Assembly (NCBI GenBank): GCA_951406725.2
Contig: OX597814.1
Span: forward strand, 203,422,001-203,486,000
DNA: 64,000 bases
Source of the DNA: Octopus vulgaris
Lineage: Eukaryota
Reading direction: 5' to 3'
This document shows positions 48,892 through 62,764 of this stretch, piece after piece. The translations under genes were made by a program, and so were the position numbers. Numbering within the stretch: the first letter of the stretch is position 1; the number at the start of each line of letters is the position of its first letter. The notes beneath the pieces were generated by a model. The model was not told where the DNA came from, made no database searches, and saw nothing but the letters and a program-made list of their open reading frames with translations.

Positions 48892-49264
48892 GCTTCGAGT
48901 TTTGGCACAAGACCCGCAAATTAAGATGTATGGGTAAGTCAGCTACATCAGCCCCAAAGGGATGAAAGGCAAAGTTGATCTTGGCAGAATTCAGAATGTA
49001 AAGAGCCAGCAGTTATGCCACTAGGCATTTATATCTGGTGCTCTAATGATTCTGCCAGCTTACCATTTTAATAATGATAATAATAATAATCATAATAATT
49101 CTTTCTAATTTTGGCACAAAGCCAGCAATTTTAAGGGGAAGGGCAAGTTGATTACATCCACACCAGAATTTGACTGAAACTATTTTTTTGTCCCCAAGAA
49201 GATGAAAGGCAATGTTGACCCGACAGAATTTGAATTCAAAATGTGAACAACCAGATGAAATAAT

Positions 49265-49542
49265 ATAATATAATGAAAAATATTGTATACAGTGCTCAGG
49301 TGCACCACAACTTGTCAGAAAGTGCATATAAAGCATGTGCAGTAATGTACAAATGTCTGGGAAGTGAACAATGTATGAGTCAGATACATGTTTGCGTGTG
49401 TATGGAGGGGAGAAAATCAGGTGTAGTGTTGGCGAATCTCAGAAAGCATGGAAGTTTTGAAGGATGCAGTGCTCCGACAACTAACAACTGATGCCGGCAG
49501 TTTGTTCCATGCTTCAGCAACTCTGAGCGTGAAAAAATATTT
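49265..49542 (-). mobile_element. CR1-type LINE 3' fragment
   Basis: Peptide FFTLRVAEAWNKLPASVVSCRSTASFKTSML matches the CR1 ORF2 C-terminal FF-xx-RV-xxx-WN-x-LP motif; (TTA)n tail. Confidence 0.8.
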
Positions 49543-49612
49543 CTGTTCGGTGTTCCAACAATTCTGCTTGTTCATCACTTTAATAATAATGATAATAATA
49601 ATAATAATAATA

Positions 49613-49978
49613 ACAAGAGCACTCAGAGAGCCCAAACCTCTGCCAAGGCAACACCAACGTCCTCTCAACGATTAGCCAGAGATGATTTTTGAAATGAGAA
49701 TATCTGAAGTAAACTCGACTGCTCTCACAAACAAGAATACTAAAAATTAACTTGACCACTCTCAAAAATTAAATAAAAAAACAGGAAAAATAATCTAGAA
49801 TCCTTGTACCAGATTGATCCCAAAATCTAATCAGTTCATGCCAGTCATGAATCCAAACATCCCTGAAAGTTTCATCTGAATCCATCCACCAGTTCTTGAG
49901 AAATCTTGTCCACAGACAAACAAACAAGCAAACATGACTGAAAGCAATACTTCTGACTTCACTAAGGCAGAGGTAATA
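49613..49978 (-). mobile_element. Non-autonomous Helentron (DINE-1/HINE-like) element
   Basis: Subterminal inverted repeats ACCTCTGCC (49636-49644) and GGCAGAGGT (49966-49974); (GTTT/GTCT)n microsatellite near the 5' end; short terminal stem-loop; T-rich flanks. Confidence 0.75.
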
Positions 49979-50039
49979 AGGATAATGATGGACTCTACAC
50001 AAGTGATTTGTTTATAGTGATCAAATGTATGTGATGTAC

Positions 50040-50238
50040 ATTAGCTCACGCTCTCTCCATCAAATCGATGTTGCCTGAACAGATGCATGGTGTGCCACAC
50101 TTCAGGTGTTAAAGTGATTGCACAGCAATGTGAGATGAAGTGCTTGCTCAAGAACACAATGCACCACCCAGTCAAGAAACTGAAACCATGATCTTGAGAT
50201 CGTGAGTGCAACACCCTAATTACTAAACCATGCATCCT
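50040..50238 (-). mobile_element. MIR/CORE-like SINE family E
   Basis: tRNA-like head plus TTGAGCAAG(G)CACTTCAT core. Relatives near 6355, 17800, 43840 and 62535. Confidence 0.65.
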
Positions 50239-50247
50239 CGTAATAAT

Positions 50248-50610
50248 CATCATCATCGTTTAGCGTCCGCTTTCCATGCTAGCATGGGTTGGACGGTTCA
50301 AATGGGGTCTGGGAAGCCAGAAGGCTGCACCAGGCCCAGTTTGATCTGGCAATGTTTCTACGGCTTGATGCCCTTCCTAACGCCAACCACTCCATGAGTG
50401 TAGTGGGTGCTTTTTACATGCCACCGGCACAGGTACCAGACGAGTCTGGCAAACAGCCACGATCGGATGGTGCTTTTTATGTGCCAGGCGAGGCTGGCAA
50501 CGGCCATGAACGGATGGTGCTTTTTACATGCCACTGGCACGAGGCCAGTCGGGGCGGCACTGGCAACGGCCACATTCGGATGGTTCTCTTACGTGCCACC
50601 GGCACTGGTA
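50248..50610 (-). mobile_element. RTE-tail repeat (family C)
   Basis: Reverse complement of the family C module with subrepeats. Confidence 0.8.
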
Positions 50611-51409
50611 ACTCAGCATCCTCGTAATAATAATAATAATAATAATGTTAATAATCCTTTCTAATTAATGCACAAGACCTGGAATTTGAGGGGAGAAGGG
50701 ATAGTTAATCACATCAACTCCAGTACTTGACTGGTACTTAATTTACTGACCCCCAAAAGGATGAAAGGCAAAGTCAACCTCAGCAGAATTTGAACTTAAA
50801 ACGTTAGCCCTTTTGATACCCACCTAACTGAAACCGCTTCTGGCTCTGTAGTACAAATGTCTTGTTTTTATAAGTTTTGAATTAAAATCTTCCACCAAAC
50901 CTTAGTCACAATTTATGTTCCCAACACTAGCTGAATGGTAACTAAGTTATTTTACTAAATTCTTTGTTATATTTAATGTAATTGAAAGAAACACAGAACA
51001 TCTCAACAGAAATTTGGTAAGAAAAGGGTCAAGATGAATGAAATACTGCTGGGCAATAATAATAATCCTTTCTACAGGTGGCATAAGGCCTCAAATTTGT
51101 GGGGAGGGGACTAGTCAGTTATATCGACCCCAGTGTTTCACTGGTACTTAATCTATTCACCCCAAAACGATGAAAGGCAAAATAATAATAATTTTTTCAA
51201 ATTTTGGCACAAGGCCAGCAATTATGAGGGGAGAGGCTAATCAATTACATCAGTGCCAGAACTTAACTGGTGCTATATTTCATTGTCCCCAAGGGGATGA
51301 ATGGTAAAGCTGACCTGGCAGAATTTGAACTCAGAATACAAAGAGCCAAAGGAAATGCTGCTGAGCAGCTTTGTCCAATGAGCTAACAATTCTACTAGTT
51401 TACCACTCT

Positions 51410-51573
51410 TTTGCTTGATTCAGTCATCTGACTGTGGCCATGCTGGAGCACCACCTTTAGTTGAGCAAATTGACCCCAGGACTTATTCTTTGTACTTTAT
51501 TCTATTGGTCCTTTTTGCCGAACCGCTAAGTTACAGGAACGTAAACACACCAGAGACAAACACAGACACACAA

Positions 51574-51611
<38 letters not shown>

Positions 51612-51795
51612 ATATATATATATATATATATATACGACTGGCTTCTTTCAGTTTCTGTCTACCAAATCCACCCACAAGGCTTTGGTTGGCCCGAGGCTAT
51701 AGTAGAAGACACTTGCCCAAGGTGCCACACAGTGGGACTGAACCCGCAACCATGTGGTTCGTAAGCAAGCTATTTACCACACAGCCACTCCTACA
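51410..51795 (-). mobile_element. SINE family A
   Basis: High similarity to 10465-10820. Confidence 0.87.
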
Positions 51796-52054
51796 CCTTT
51801 AAGAATCTAAGCAGAATATTTTAAATTCTTTACAGAAAAATATCCTAATAATCCTACCTCCTTAGGCACAGGGCTTGAGATTTTATAGGGGACTTGCTGA
51901 TTATGATGACCCCAGTGCTCAACTGGTGCTTATTTTATTAACCCCAAAAGGTTGAAAGGCAATTTCTGCAGGATTTGAACTCAAAATATAAAGCTGGAAG
52001 AAATGTGTGATGTGTTTTGTCTGACATGCTAACAATTCTGTCAACTCATTGCCT

Positions 52055-52073
52055 TAATAATAATAATAATAAC

Positions 52074-52122
<49 letters not shown>

Positions 52123-52296
52123 GCAATAATAATAATAATAATAGCAATGATGATGATGATGATGATGACGACGACGACGACGATGATGATGATTTGATAA
52201 CGATGATGATGATGATGACGACGACAACGATGATGATGATGATGATGATTGATGATGATGATGATGATGATGATGATAATGATGATATGATGATGA

Positions 52297-52344
<48 letters not shown>

Positions 52345-52375
52345 GCAGTGGCGGCGGCGGCGACGGCGGTGGTGG

Positions 52376-52404
<29 letters not shown>
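52055..52404. repeat. Compound (AAT)n/(GAT)n/(GGC)n microsatellite
   Basis: Directly visible. Confidence 0.96.
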
Positions 52405-52407
<3 letters not shown>

Positions 52408-53345
52408 TTTGTGAATTCAGTACTTAGGTGCACTATAAACTTGCCAGAAAGTTAAAGGAGGGGACAGAAAGCAGACGTATAAGTTAGGTAAAGAAAGAAC
52501 AGCAATGAAGGCTGGAAGTATCCATGCACAGAACACCAGAATAAGAAGTTAAATGGCTGATCAGATAAAGACTCCAATGAAATTTGCAAAGATTCATAAT
52601 TTATACATTAAGAAAACAAAAAACAAACAAAAACACTTGATTTTGTTTTGTCTTCTATCAAAGAAATTATTTTCTTTCTAAATAAATATGGAAGGAAAAC
52701 AGGATGCTGAAAGCATCTGAGATGATAAGGCAGCTGGAATAGACTGGTTAAATAGAAAGAAGTGTTACAGTCAAGACAAATACCATTATTTTCCTCATTC
52801 TAGTTATGAGAGAAAGAAAACTTGGCAAGGTTTTCCAGGCCTGATAAAGATCTATTTTATACTCAATGGAAATGAAGAATGTTCATATATATTTGTGTAT
52901 TATGAATTGTTTGTGGAGGAAAGTAAGCTCATATAATTGTCTAGTAAATCACAGTCAACTTGCTGTGTATTGCTACCCAAACTAATGTAACATAATCAGT
53001 TGTTTCGGTTCAAATTCTAACTGGAATAATCTTTGCTATTCGAATTGTTTGGTAAAAATTCATGCAAAACTTATACTTGAGTTTAGTCCCAAGATACACT
53101 TCACAGTTGTTCTGGGATGCATCATCAATGAGGTTTGCAAGGTCTTGTTGGGGATTTTGAATCATTCAATATCAGACTCCCTCGCCCAGTTGACCCAGGC
53201 AGGATTAATCAAGTCCCAGCTTGCATCCCAGTGGCAGCAAACCCCTGGTCTGTTTTCTTTATCCAAAGTCACCCTGTGGCCTTCTCTGCAGCTTTAGTAA
53301 TGGAATTTACGACCCTCTTCTTTACTACAACCAGTAACTCTAAAC

Positions 53346-53841
53346 CAGTGGTTCTCAACCAGAGTCCATATAGCCCCTGAAGGTCCATGTAAAACTTTTG
53401 AGGGTCTACACAACAAAATAGTAGATCAGGCATCTACAATAATATTCTAAGGGTCACTGAAAACATTTTGTTTCAGATAAATGTATTGCAAGACTGCTAG
53501 GTTGCTTTCACTAGCATTTTACATAGTTCAACCGACACAAATTAATGCATGAAAAGTTAAAATAGGAATTTTGAAAGAAGTATGTATAAAACTAGTTTTC
53601 AAACATAAAAAGGGCTATGGGGTGGGGAGAGGGCATTAGGAAGGGCATCCAGCTGTAGAAAACCATGCCAAATCAGACTGGAGTCTGGTGCAGCCTTCCA
53701 GCATGGACAACAGACATTAAATGATGATGATGATGATGATGACTTGTTTGATTCTTCCAATCCCTCATCTCAATCATTTCTAGCTAAAATAGATCATGAA
53801 ATGAAGGGGATCTATACATAAAAAATGGTTGAGAACCCCTG
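53346..53841. mobile_element. hAT-type MITE with a nested RTE-tail repeat (about 53630-53742)
   Basis: TIRs CAGTGGTTCTCAACCA/TGGTTGAGAACCCCTG; perfect TSD CTCTAAAC at 53338-53345 and 53842-53849. Confidence 0.92.
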
Positions 53842-55988
53842 CTCTAAACCCAGTCAGAACTTTGCAGAATGAATGCCCCACAAAATTTTAGCAGCCAACT
53901 TCAATTGACTCCCAACATGTCTGCCAGCTCTGGCTTCTGTACTACACCACAGTTTGGCAAACTTTCTCTCATAAGTCTGTAGTTATGATGATCTTCCCAC
54001 TAGCAGAAATTATATTACATCTAAATACAACTAAACAATTATGTTTTCACTTCCTAATGAACTAAATTACATTTAGTATTATGGAAGTGATTTGAAACTG
54101 TATCTTTGGATATGCAGTCAGACATCATAAGCAAACCACCATAGTTCATGTGATTGGTTTATTAACCGACCAATCATCATGAAGCAATGGTGTGGACAGG
54201 TTTTCTCAAACATTCTAGGATTTGAAACCATTTGGTATGCATTTTTATTGGCCTGACAACCGGCACTCCGTAGATCTTAAGTGTATTAACCCTTTTCATA
54301 CCAATCCACCCAAGACTGCCCTTGGTTCTATGATACAAATTTCTTGTTTTAAAGTGATCTAAATTAATGCATTCCATCAAAATTTCATGTTGATTTGTAT
54401 TTCAAACACCAGCTGAATAATGACAGCCATCTTAAGTTCTTCCCTATTTTCATAATTGATTGAAATACTATGGTTTGCAGCGCAGAAGATGCTGCATAGT
54501 GGAAGACACATCCTGATTTTGGAATTCTAATCAAAAAGGATTTTAAAACTCACTTTAGTTGGTATGAATTTGGTTACATGTGCTTCAACAACAGGAACAA
54601 AATGACATGACATAGCTTCCTGGAAATTCTCGCCTCACTGGCAAAAACAGGAAAACTTCTCTTATCTAAAGATAAAATGATGTTCATAGAGGCATTTGAT
54701 TGTGCCATGCTGGTTGGTCTATCATACAATGTGATTGGATACAAAAGTGCATCCTGTGTAAAACTAGACCAATCCAAGAAAGGGACTCAGTTAAGTATAA
54801 CACCATCACATGACTGGTTTATGTGACCAATTGTTAGAAACATGCAGGGTGAACTGTTTTCCTAAATGATGTGACAATTTATAACAACAGTCTTGCCACA
54901 TCACTAAAGCCTTGTTCACATTTTGAAGTAGTACCAAGCAGGCATACACTAAATGTCTGTTATCAAACAAAAATGGCAGACAAACCAGCCAAGTGCTCCT
55001 GCCTGTCGTTAAGTGAAATTGTCAAACAATGGTTACCTAAATGGTGCTTTGCTGCTCTTTACTGTAACTATCCTGCAATTCTCAGCATCGGGGAAGATGC
55101 ATGGTAATTGATTTTCAAGGCTATTTTGTCAAGGTATTTCAAAGTATTTGGCATCTTCTATCCCAAAAGATTATGGTAAATGTAAGATATTTCAACAAAA
55201 ATATGGTAAGAAAAGGGTTAAGTTTCTGTTTTCCTCTTTTTTCACTATTTCCATGTATATACATTACAAGTATTGATTTCAAATTTTGGCACAAGGCCAG
55301 CAACTTCAGAGGAGGGGATAATTCAATTACATCAACCCCAGTGCATAGCTGGTACTTATTTCATTGACCCTAAAGGATGAAAGGTAAATTTGACCTCAAC
55401 AGAATTTGAACTTAGAACATAAAGACGGACAAAATGGCACTAGGCATTTTACCTGGTGGGCCAAAGATTCTGCCAGCTTGTAGCCTTATCACAAATATTA
55501 ATTCACACATTTGAGTGGCAACAGCCATTTAGCACAGTTTTAGAAAAGCAGAAATTTGCACCAAGTTTTTCAGACAAGAAAAACTCTTTTCTAAACAAAT
55601 TCAGATAAAGAAAATAAAATTATTCAGTAGAGTGTTAGAGGAAAACAACTTTGGAAGAAAATATTTTCAAAATGATAAATCCAATTTTTTTTATGTTTAA
55701 GATATAATTTAATTTAGATTTTTTAATTTAGTTCAACAACAGAAATAGAAAGTTTATTTCAGAAGCTCAGCAAAAGAAGTCGGTGAGAAAAAGTAAATGT
55801 TTACATGTCATTTTTAATTTATTCTTTGTATTTGCTTTATTCTTTCAACTTTACAAAATGTATGTAGTGTAAGCATGCATTTCTGTTTATTTCCATTTTC
55901 TTTTTGATGTCCGATATATATTATTCTTAAACAGGAACATTATTGATAGTGACTTCGAAGTTTCAGCCAGCTAAGCCATTTTCGGACT

Positions 55989-56480
55989 CATCATCATCAT
56001 CAGCATCATCGTTTAACGTCCACTTTCCATGCTAGCATGGGTTGGATGATTTGACTGAGGACTGGTGAGCAAGATGGCTGCACCAGGCTCCAATCTGATT
56101 TGACAGAGTTTCTACAGCTGGATGCCCTTCCTATTGTCAACCACTCTGAGAGTATAGTGGTGATTTTATGTACCACTGGCACAAGGGCCACTCAGGTGGT
56201 ACTGTCAACGGCCACACTCAAATGGTGTTTTTTATGTGCCACCTGCACAGGAGCCAGTCCAGTGGTACTGGCAACAACCTCGCTCCCATGCTGGTGCTGT
56301 ATAAAAAAACACTCAGTGCACTCCACTCTGTAAAGTGGTTGGCATTTGGAAGGGCATCCAGTTGTAGAAGCCATGCTAAAACAGACAAGTGGAGCCTGGT
56401 GTAGCTCTCCAGCTTGCCATCTCCTGTCAAACTGTCCAATCCATGCCAGCATGGAAAATGAACATTAAATGATGATGATG
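55989..56480. mobile_element. Two family C RTE tails in head-to-head orientation
   Basis: (CAT)n-led minus copy at about 55989-56285 abuts a plus copy at about 56290-56480 ending in (GAT)n. Confidence 0.8.
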
Positions 56481-57105
56481 GTGGTGGTGGTGGTGGTGGT
56501 GGTGGTGATGATGATGATGGTGATGAACAACTAGCTTAATTTAGTAATCCATTAGTAAGTGTCAGCTGCTTTATTTCCTGCGATAGTACAACATCCCAAG
56601 ATGTATACTTTCAAAGATTCAAGAGGGATGTTCAGGGCATCAGCTCAACCAGTCAAGAATAGCATAGTGGCCATGGTCACTGCTCCCTCTTTCAAACCCT
56701 GCAAGTACACAGAATTTTAAATTTAATTGTCACCTCCAAAGTTACTCATTTCATCCTTTAGCACTGAAACTGACAATGTTTGGCCCAAAGATTCTACCTA
56801 TTTTATGTTGAAACTGGCTGGATCCAGCCTCTCACATCTAAAAATAAACAGTCTCAAAATAAACAGTCACATAATCAAAATCTTGAAGATGCAAGGTAAT
56901 GCATGATACTGGTGTCATGCAAATGGCACCCGTGCCAGTGGCACCAAAAAGCACCCATTACATTCTCAGAGTGGTTGGCATTAGGAAGGGCATCCAGCCA
57001 TAAAAAGAACCATGCCAAATCAGACTGGAGTCTGCTGCAGCCTTCTAGCTTGCCAGCCCTGGTCAAATCATCCAACCCATGCCAGCATGGACAACGGATG
57101 TTAAA

Positions 57106-57108
57106 TGG

Positions 57109-57139
<31 letters not shown>

Positions 57140-57170
57140 GGTGGTGATGATGGTGGTGATGGTGATGATG

Positions 57171-57241
<71 letters not shown>

Positions 57242-57301
57242 GTGATGGTGGTGGTGGTGGTGGTGGTGGTGGTGGTGGTGGTGGTGGTGGTGGTGATGAT
57301 G
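57106..57301. repeat. (GAT)n/(GGT)n microsatellite extending an RTE tail (56910-57110)
   Basis: Directly visible. Confidence 0.95.
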
Positions 57302-57887
57302 AAATTCAAAACTGTGAATAAATAAGCATTACATTTGACAGAGTTATGAGAATGCAAAAGGGTTGAAAACTCTTTGCAATTTAATCAAAATATTTGGAAT
57401 TCCACCATTAGAAATATCTTCAGACTCTTACCTTCTTCCATCACATTAACCAAACCATTGTGAAAGAACATACAAAATAGAATTGAAAATGAAATTCAGA
57501 CTGAATTTTAACTAAGATACTTGAATTTTATAAATTCTTAGTTTTGTAGGAAATTTAAGTAATTATCTTTGCTAACACATTGCATTGATCTCATGAATTC
57601 TTTTAATTTCATATTTCGTTAATAATTATAATTAAAACTATGATTATTACTGGTGTCACTCTTGTTATTTTTCTTCCCAAAATAACATTAAGCAGATGAT
57701 CAAACCTTTGAAATGGTTGCTCAGCAGATGGTGCCCAAGCTTTAAACCATTCTTTTATTTTCATTATTTAAAAAAAAATATTTGTCTTAAAATTTTTTTT
57801 GTTGTTTTGTCTTGATTAAAATTAAATAATATAGGAGTAAATTGCATAATGAAATGTCTTTAAAACAATCATTTAAAAAAATAAATT

Positions 57888-57896
57888 TGTGTGTAA

Positions 57897-57931
<35 letters not shown>

Positions 57932-58100
57932 TGCATGTATTAGTATGTGTATGTTTATGTATATGTGCAGGTGTGTGTGTGTGTGTATTCATGCATGCGT
58001 GTGTTTGTGTTTGTATGAGTGTGTATATCTGTGCATGTGTGTGCTTGTATGTCTGTTTGTGTGTGTGTGTGTATGTGCATGTGCATGCATACATATATGT
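57888..58100. repeat. Imperfect (GT)n microsatellite
   Basis: Directly visible. Confidence 0.93.
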
Positions 58101-59389
58101 GTTGTTAGGTGCATTGATGAGCTGATTAAAGTACTGTTTCAGGGAATAATGCAAATAATAATTATTGATTGATTGCTAAATTGAGCTATTTCGGAATACT
58201 TTATCCAAATTTTAAAATGATGCCTAGAAATATTTATTTGACTCTCCCCACTCCTCAACTAATCTTATTCAATTAAACTAGATAATAATTTCAATTAGAT
58301 AAGCTAGAACATCATCATCATCATCTTCCATGCTTCCATGCTGGCCTGAGTGGAATGGTTTGATAGGTGCTGGCCAAGCAGAAGCCTGCACCAAACTTCT
58401 GTGACTGTTTTGGCAGGGTTTTTACAGCTGGATGCCCTTCCTAACACCAATCACCCAGCAGAATGGACTTAATGTGTTTTATGTGGCACAAACACCGGTG
58501 AGGTCAGTTTTGGTAAGGTTTTTACTACTGGATGCCCTTGCAAATGCCAACCACATTACAGTGTGGATTGGATGCTTTTTACATGGCACTTGCACTGACA
58601 GGGTTCATCAAGTACTTGCAAGACAAAGAAAAAAAAACTTTTAAGATGGGAGTGGGCATTGGAGGAGGTGATCTTGTGTCGGAGGATGAAAGGTTATAGT
58701 TGGACAGAGGGACAGAAGTAGGTGTCTTGCAGTAGAGGAGGTACAAGGTTACCCAGCTGGAGAAAGAGAAAGATCAGGAATGAAAACAGAAACAGGTGCA
58801 CAACTGCAAAGGAAATACATGGTTACCCAACTTGAGGGAAGTGCAGGAGGAGAGAGAGAGTGGGAGACAGTAGGATAGAGATTGTGGCATACTGACAAGG
58901 GACAGGGATCAGAATATAAATGGGATGGTTGAGTAAAGGCAGAGAGAGATATAGATGGTGGGCAAGTGCCAGGGCATACCCTTGAGGTTTGAACGTCATG
59001 TTATAAGTGGCAGGATATTGACAAACATGCATGATTAGGGAGTGCAGAGGGGAAGTGAGTGGTGAAGACCTGGGTATATATAGAGTGGGGGTCTACCAGA
59101 TAACAGTGATACAGTAAGACAGGGCCAAGAGGACAGGGTTGTTATAATCTTGTGCATGTGCATAACTCAAAATCCTGATGTGCTAGAACAATTCTGAGTG
59201 CAGATTCGGAATCAGCATCCTTGATTTAGTCTAAACCATATGCTTTTAATCCAGTAGCAAAATCTTTGTTGTCCAGATTGCCTATAATACATAATAGGAT
59301 GCATAATTATTTAGGATGCATAATTATTCGCATCTAGTTCGGTTCATGATCCATCTTTTCTGTCCAGGAAAATATTGTATATAATGACA

Positions 59390-59866
59390 GAGCGGCTAAC
59401 TGGCTTCCATGCCAGTGGCACATAAAAGGCACCATTCAAGCGTGATCGTTACCAGTGTCACCTTACTGGCACTTGAATCCCATGCTAGTAGGGTGCTAAG
59501 AGCACCATCTGAGCGTGATCGTTGCCAGAGCAGCTAACTGGCTTCCGTGCCAGTGGCATGTAAAAAGCACCATTCGAGCGTGATCATTACCAGCATCGCC
59601 TTACTGGCACCTGTGCCGGTGGCACATGTAAAAAGATTTGAACGAGGTCGTTGCCAGTACCGCATGACTGGCACCCGTGCCGGTGGGATGTAAAAGCACC
59701 CACTACCCTCTCGGAGTGGTTGGCGTTAGGAAGGGGATCCAGCTGTAGAAACTCTGCCAGATCAAGATTGGAGCCTGGTGCAGCCATCTGGTTCGCCAAC
59801 CCTCAGTCAAATCGTCCAACCCATGCTAGCATGGAAAGCAGACGTTAAACGATGATGATGATGATG
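59390..59866 (+). mobile_element. RTE-tail repeat (family C) with duplicated subrepeats
   Basis: CpG-rich copy ending GACGTTAAACGATGATGATG. Confidence 0.82.
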
Positions 59867-60863
59867 AATGACAAGGTGTTTATTTCTGCCTCGTACATAT
59901 AGTGTTGACTAAAACCTATAGATACATTCTGTAGTACAATGTAACATTAAGAGAAAACACTGCTAACACATTTTTTTAGGGATTATGGTTGCTATATTCA
60001 GCAGGTCTAGTGACCATATAAGGCCTTTTTCATTAGTTTACTAGAATCCTTTGCTAGGTGGGTTGATAGATAAATGGGTAGATGATAAAATGAGTGAGAG
60101 TATCAAAAATATGTTGTGGTATTTTATTAGGTCTGTAGGGTAAATCAGATACACTACAGGTCCCATTATGTTCTAAGTTCAAATCTTGCTGAGATCAAAT
60201 TTATCTTCTATCATTCCAGGGACAATAAGGTAAGTACCCTTCAAATTACTTGAATATTTCAGTAGAATAGGCAGATAACTGGCTCAAAATTAACTTGCAT
60301 TCATTTACGGTATAGTTAGTTCGTTAGCTCAATCCATTATAAATGATAATCAAATACAACCATTAGAATTTTAATGAGGAAGAGATACTCTGTGGAACTG
60401 ATTTGCTTGACCTGCTAGAAATAACAACCAAATTTCCCTCAAATCACAATCTATCTTTTATAAAATAGGAATGAGTCACTGATTATAGCCATGCTAGATA
60501 TATTGTGTCTGATCACAAAGATAGGAGAATTGGTTTGTGTTTGAATGCGATTGCTCATAGACTTATTGAACCAGGTTGACTTGAGACTAAGCAACAACAA
60601 TAACAACAGCTATAATTCTAAGAAGGTGCTCTATAAAAAAAAACACATGTTCAGGTATATATTATCTCACTCTCTCTCTCTCTCTTTCTCTCTGTATCTC
60701 TCTCCCTGTCAATGTATTGGTTAGTCTTTCTCTGTTTCTTTATCTGTCAATCTAATCTCTCTCTCTCTCTCTCTCTCTCACTATCAATCTGTCTACATCT
60801 CCTTTATACATAAGTGCACACTGTTTACACATATGCATACACACACACACACACACACACACA

Positions 60864-60902
<39 letters not shown>

Positions 60903-61956
60903 TCACATGCAATCTGGCATAATCCAATCTCAGTATAATAATGTAGTCTCTATCAACATACAGCATGTCTTTGTGTCTATGTATGCACTGTTTTCTCTTT
61001 CCAACAATTTCCCCCAGCATATTTCATTTAAACTGTATTCCATGTCTTAATAATAAGTCACCTTCACTCTGGTTAGCACTTTTATAACCTCCAAATTTAT
61101 ATAACAACAACAACACTAACAAAATAACACAAATATACTGTATACTACAACAATATGCAATCTTTGTGTTTTAATGTTAAAAAATAATCAAGAATTATGA
61201 AAGGCTCAGCAAAATATCTTCAACCAAATTTCAACTTAATAAAAGACATGTTTACCAATTGAAATCTAATATTATCTTTCATGTAATAATGAAATTTTTG
61301 CCTGAAATTTGAAATTAAATTTCTGTGCTTTATTAGAAGTGGCTCTCGGCAACTTGATGTACAAAGTGTTATTTCTTTACTTTTTTCTTTCTTTATTTAT
61401 TTAATAAATGTTAGTGTCCATGTAAAGCTGATATTCCATGATTGATTATGGAAAATGTATAATAAACCTTATGTAAAAGAATAAACTAAACCAAAAAAAA
61501 AGATATTAACTAGAAAGAAGAAAGAAAGAAGAGGAAGAAATATAGATAAAGAACGGTTAAATGTTTCTGTTGTTTAAATCTTTTTTTATGCCCTCATATG
61601 TTGGAAGATCTTGCTTACAGCTGAAGGATCCTTGATTAAAAATGACACCTCCAGCCTTGGTAGTCTTTTAAAAATCATTTTCAAAAATGCCCTCCCTACC
61701 TCTCTCTCTCTCTGAATGCTAATTTTTATATTAGAACAAATATTGCCATAAAGTTTCTCAGTAGTTTGCCACAAGAGTATAAATGGTGATTCTATATGAC
61801 TTCGTCCATTAAAAAAAAATAATTAAAAGAAACATAACCATCGCAAAGCCAACAAAGTCTCTGCTTAAAGTACAAATACAATATTATCTTCATCATTGAC
61901 TCTCAAAAGAGGAGACACAATGATGACACAACTGGGTTTGAAGTAGGATTTTTATA

Positions 61957-62066
<110 letters not shown>

Positions 62067-62764
62067 TTTACATCAGCTTCCCATGCTGGTATCAGCTGAA
62101 TGTGTTGTCATAGTCCCAATTGCCTCCCTTTAGGAGCTACCCCGCCTCCCAAAGAAGTGGTGCTCATACACGTCACTTAGTTTGTGCTCTATAGCTGGAT
62201 GCCCTCCCTAATGCCAACCACTTTACAAAATGTGTTGGGTACATTTTGAGGCATCAACACCAGAGAAACTGAATAGTTCTTGGTGAGACAGGATCAGAGA
62301 AACCTTATAACCTTACACTTTCTCTGCTTCTTCAGCCAACCATTTTACAGTATGAACTGTAGGTGTGAAGGTATCTTGAAATCCCACCAAGGTTTCTGAA
62401 CAGTCTCCACAATACAATCTGTTCATGATAGAATATTCTTTTCTGCTCTAGGCACAAGACCCAAAATTTTGGTGAAAACTGGAAAGAAAGAATACAGTAC
62501 CAACAATGTGCTGGCACTAAATTACACTATGGTAGACTAAAGCAATGTGAAATGAAGTGCCTTGCTCAAGAATACTATGTACCACCCAGTTATGGAATTG
62601 AAATCACAAATTTATGATTGTGAGGGCCAACAGCCAACCACTCAGCCACATGGTTTACATGGGTACCCCACCCTATCCCATTCCTTTATTGAGCACCCTT
62701 TGAAAATGTTATGAAAGCAGTGTTTAGTTGGTTTTCTTTTTTCGTTTTTTCATTTTTGTTATTG

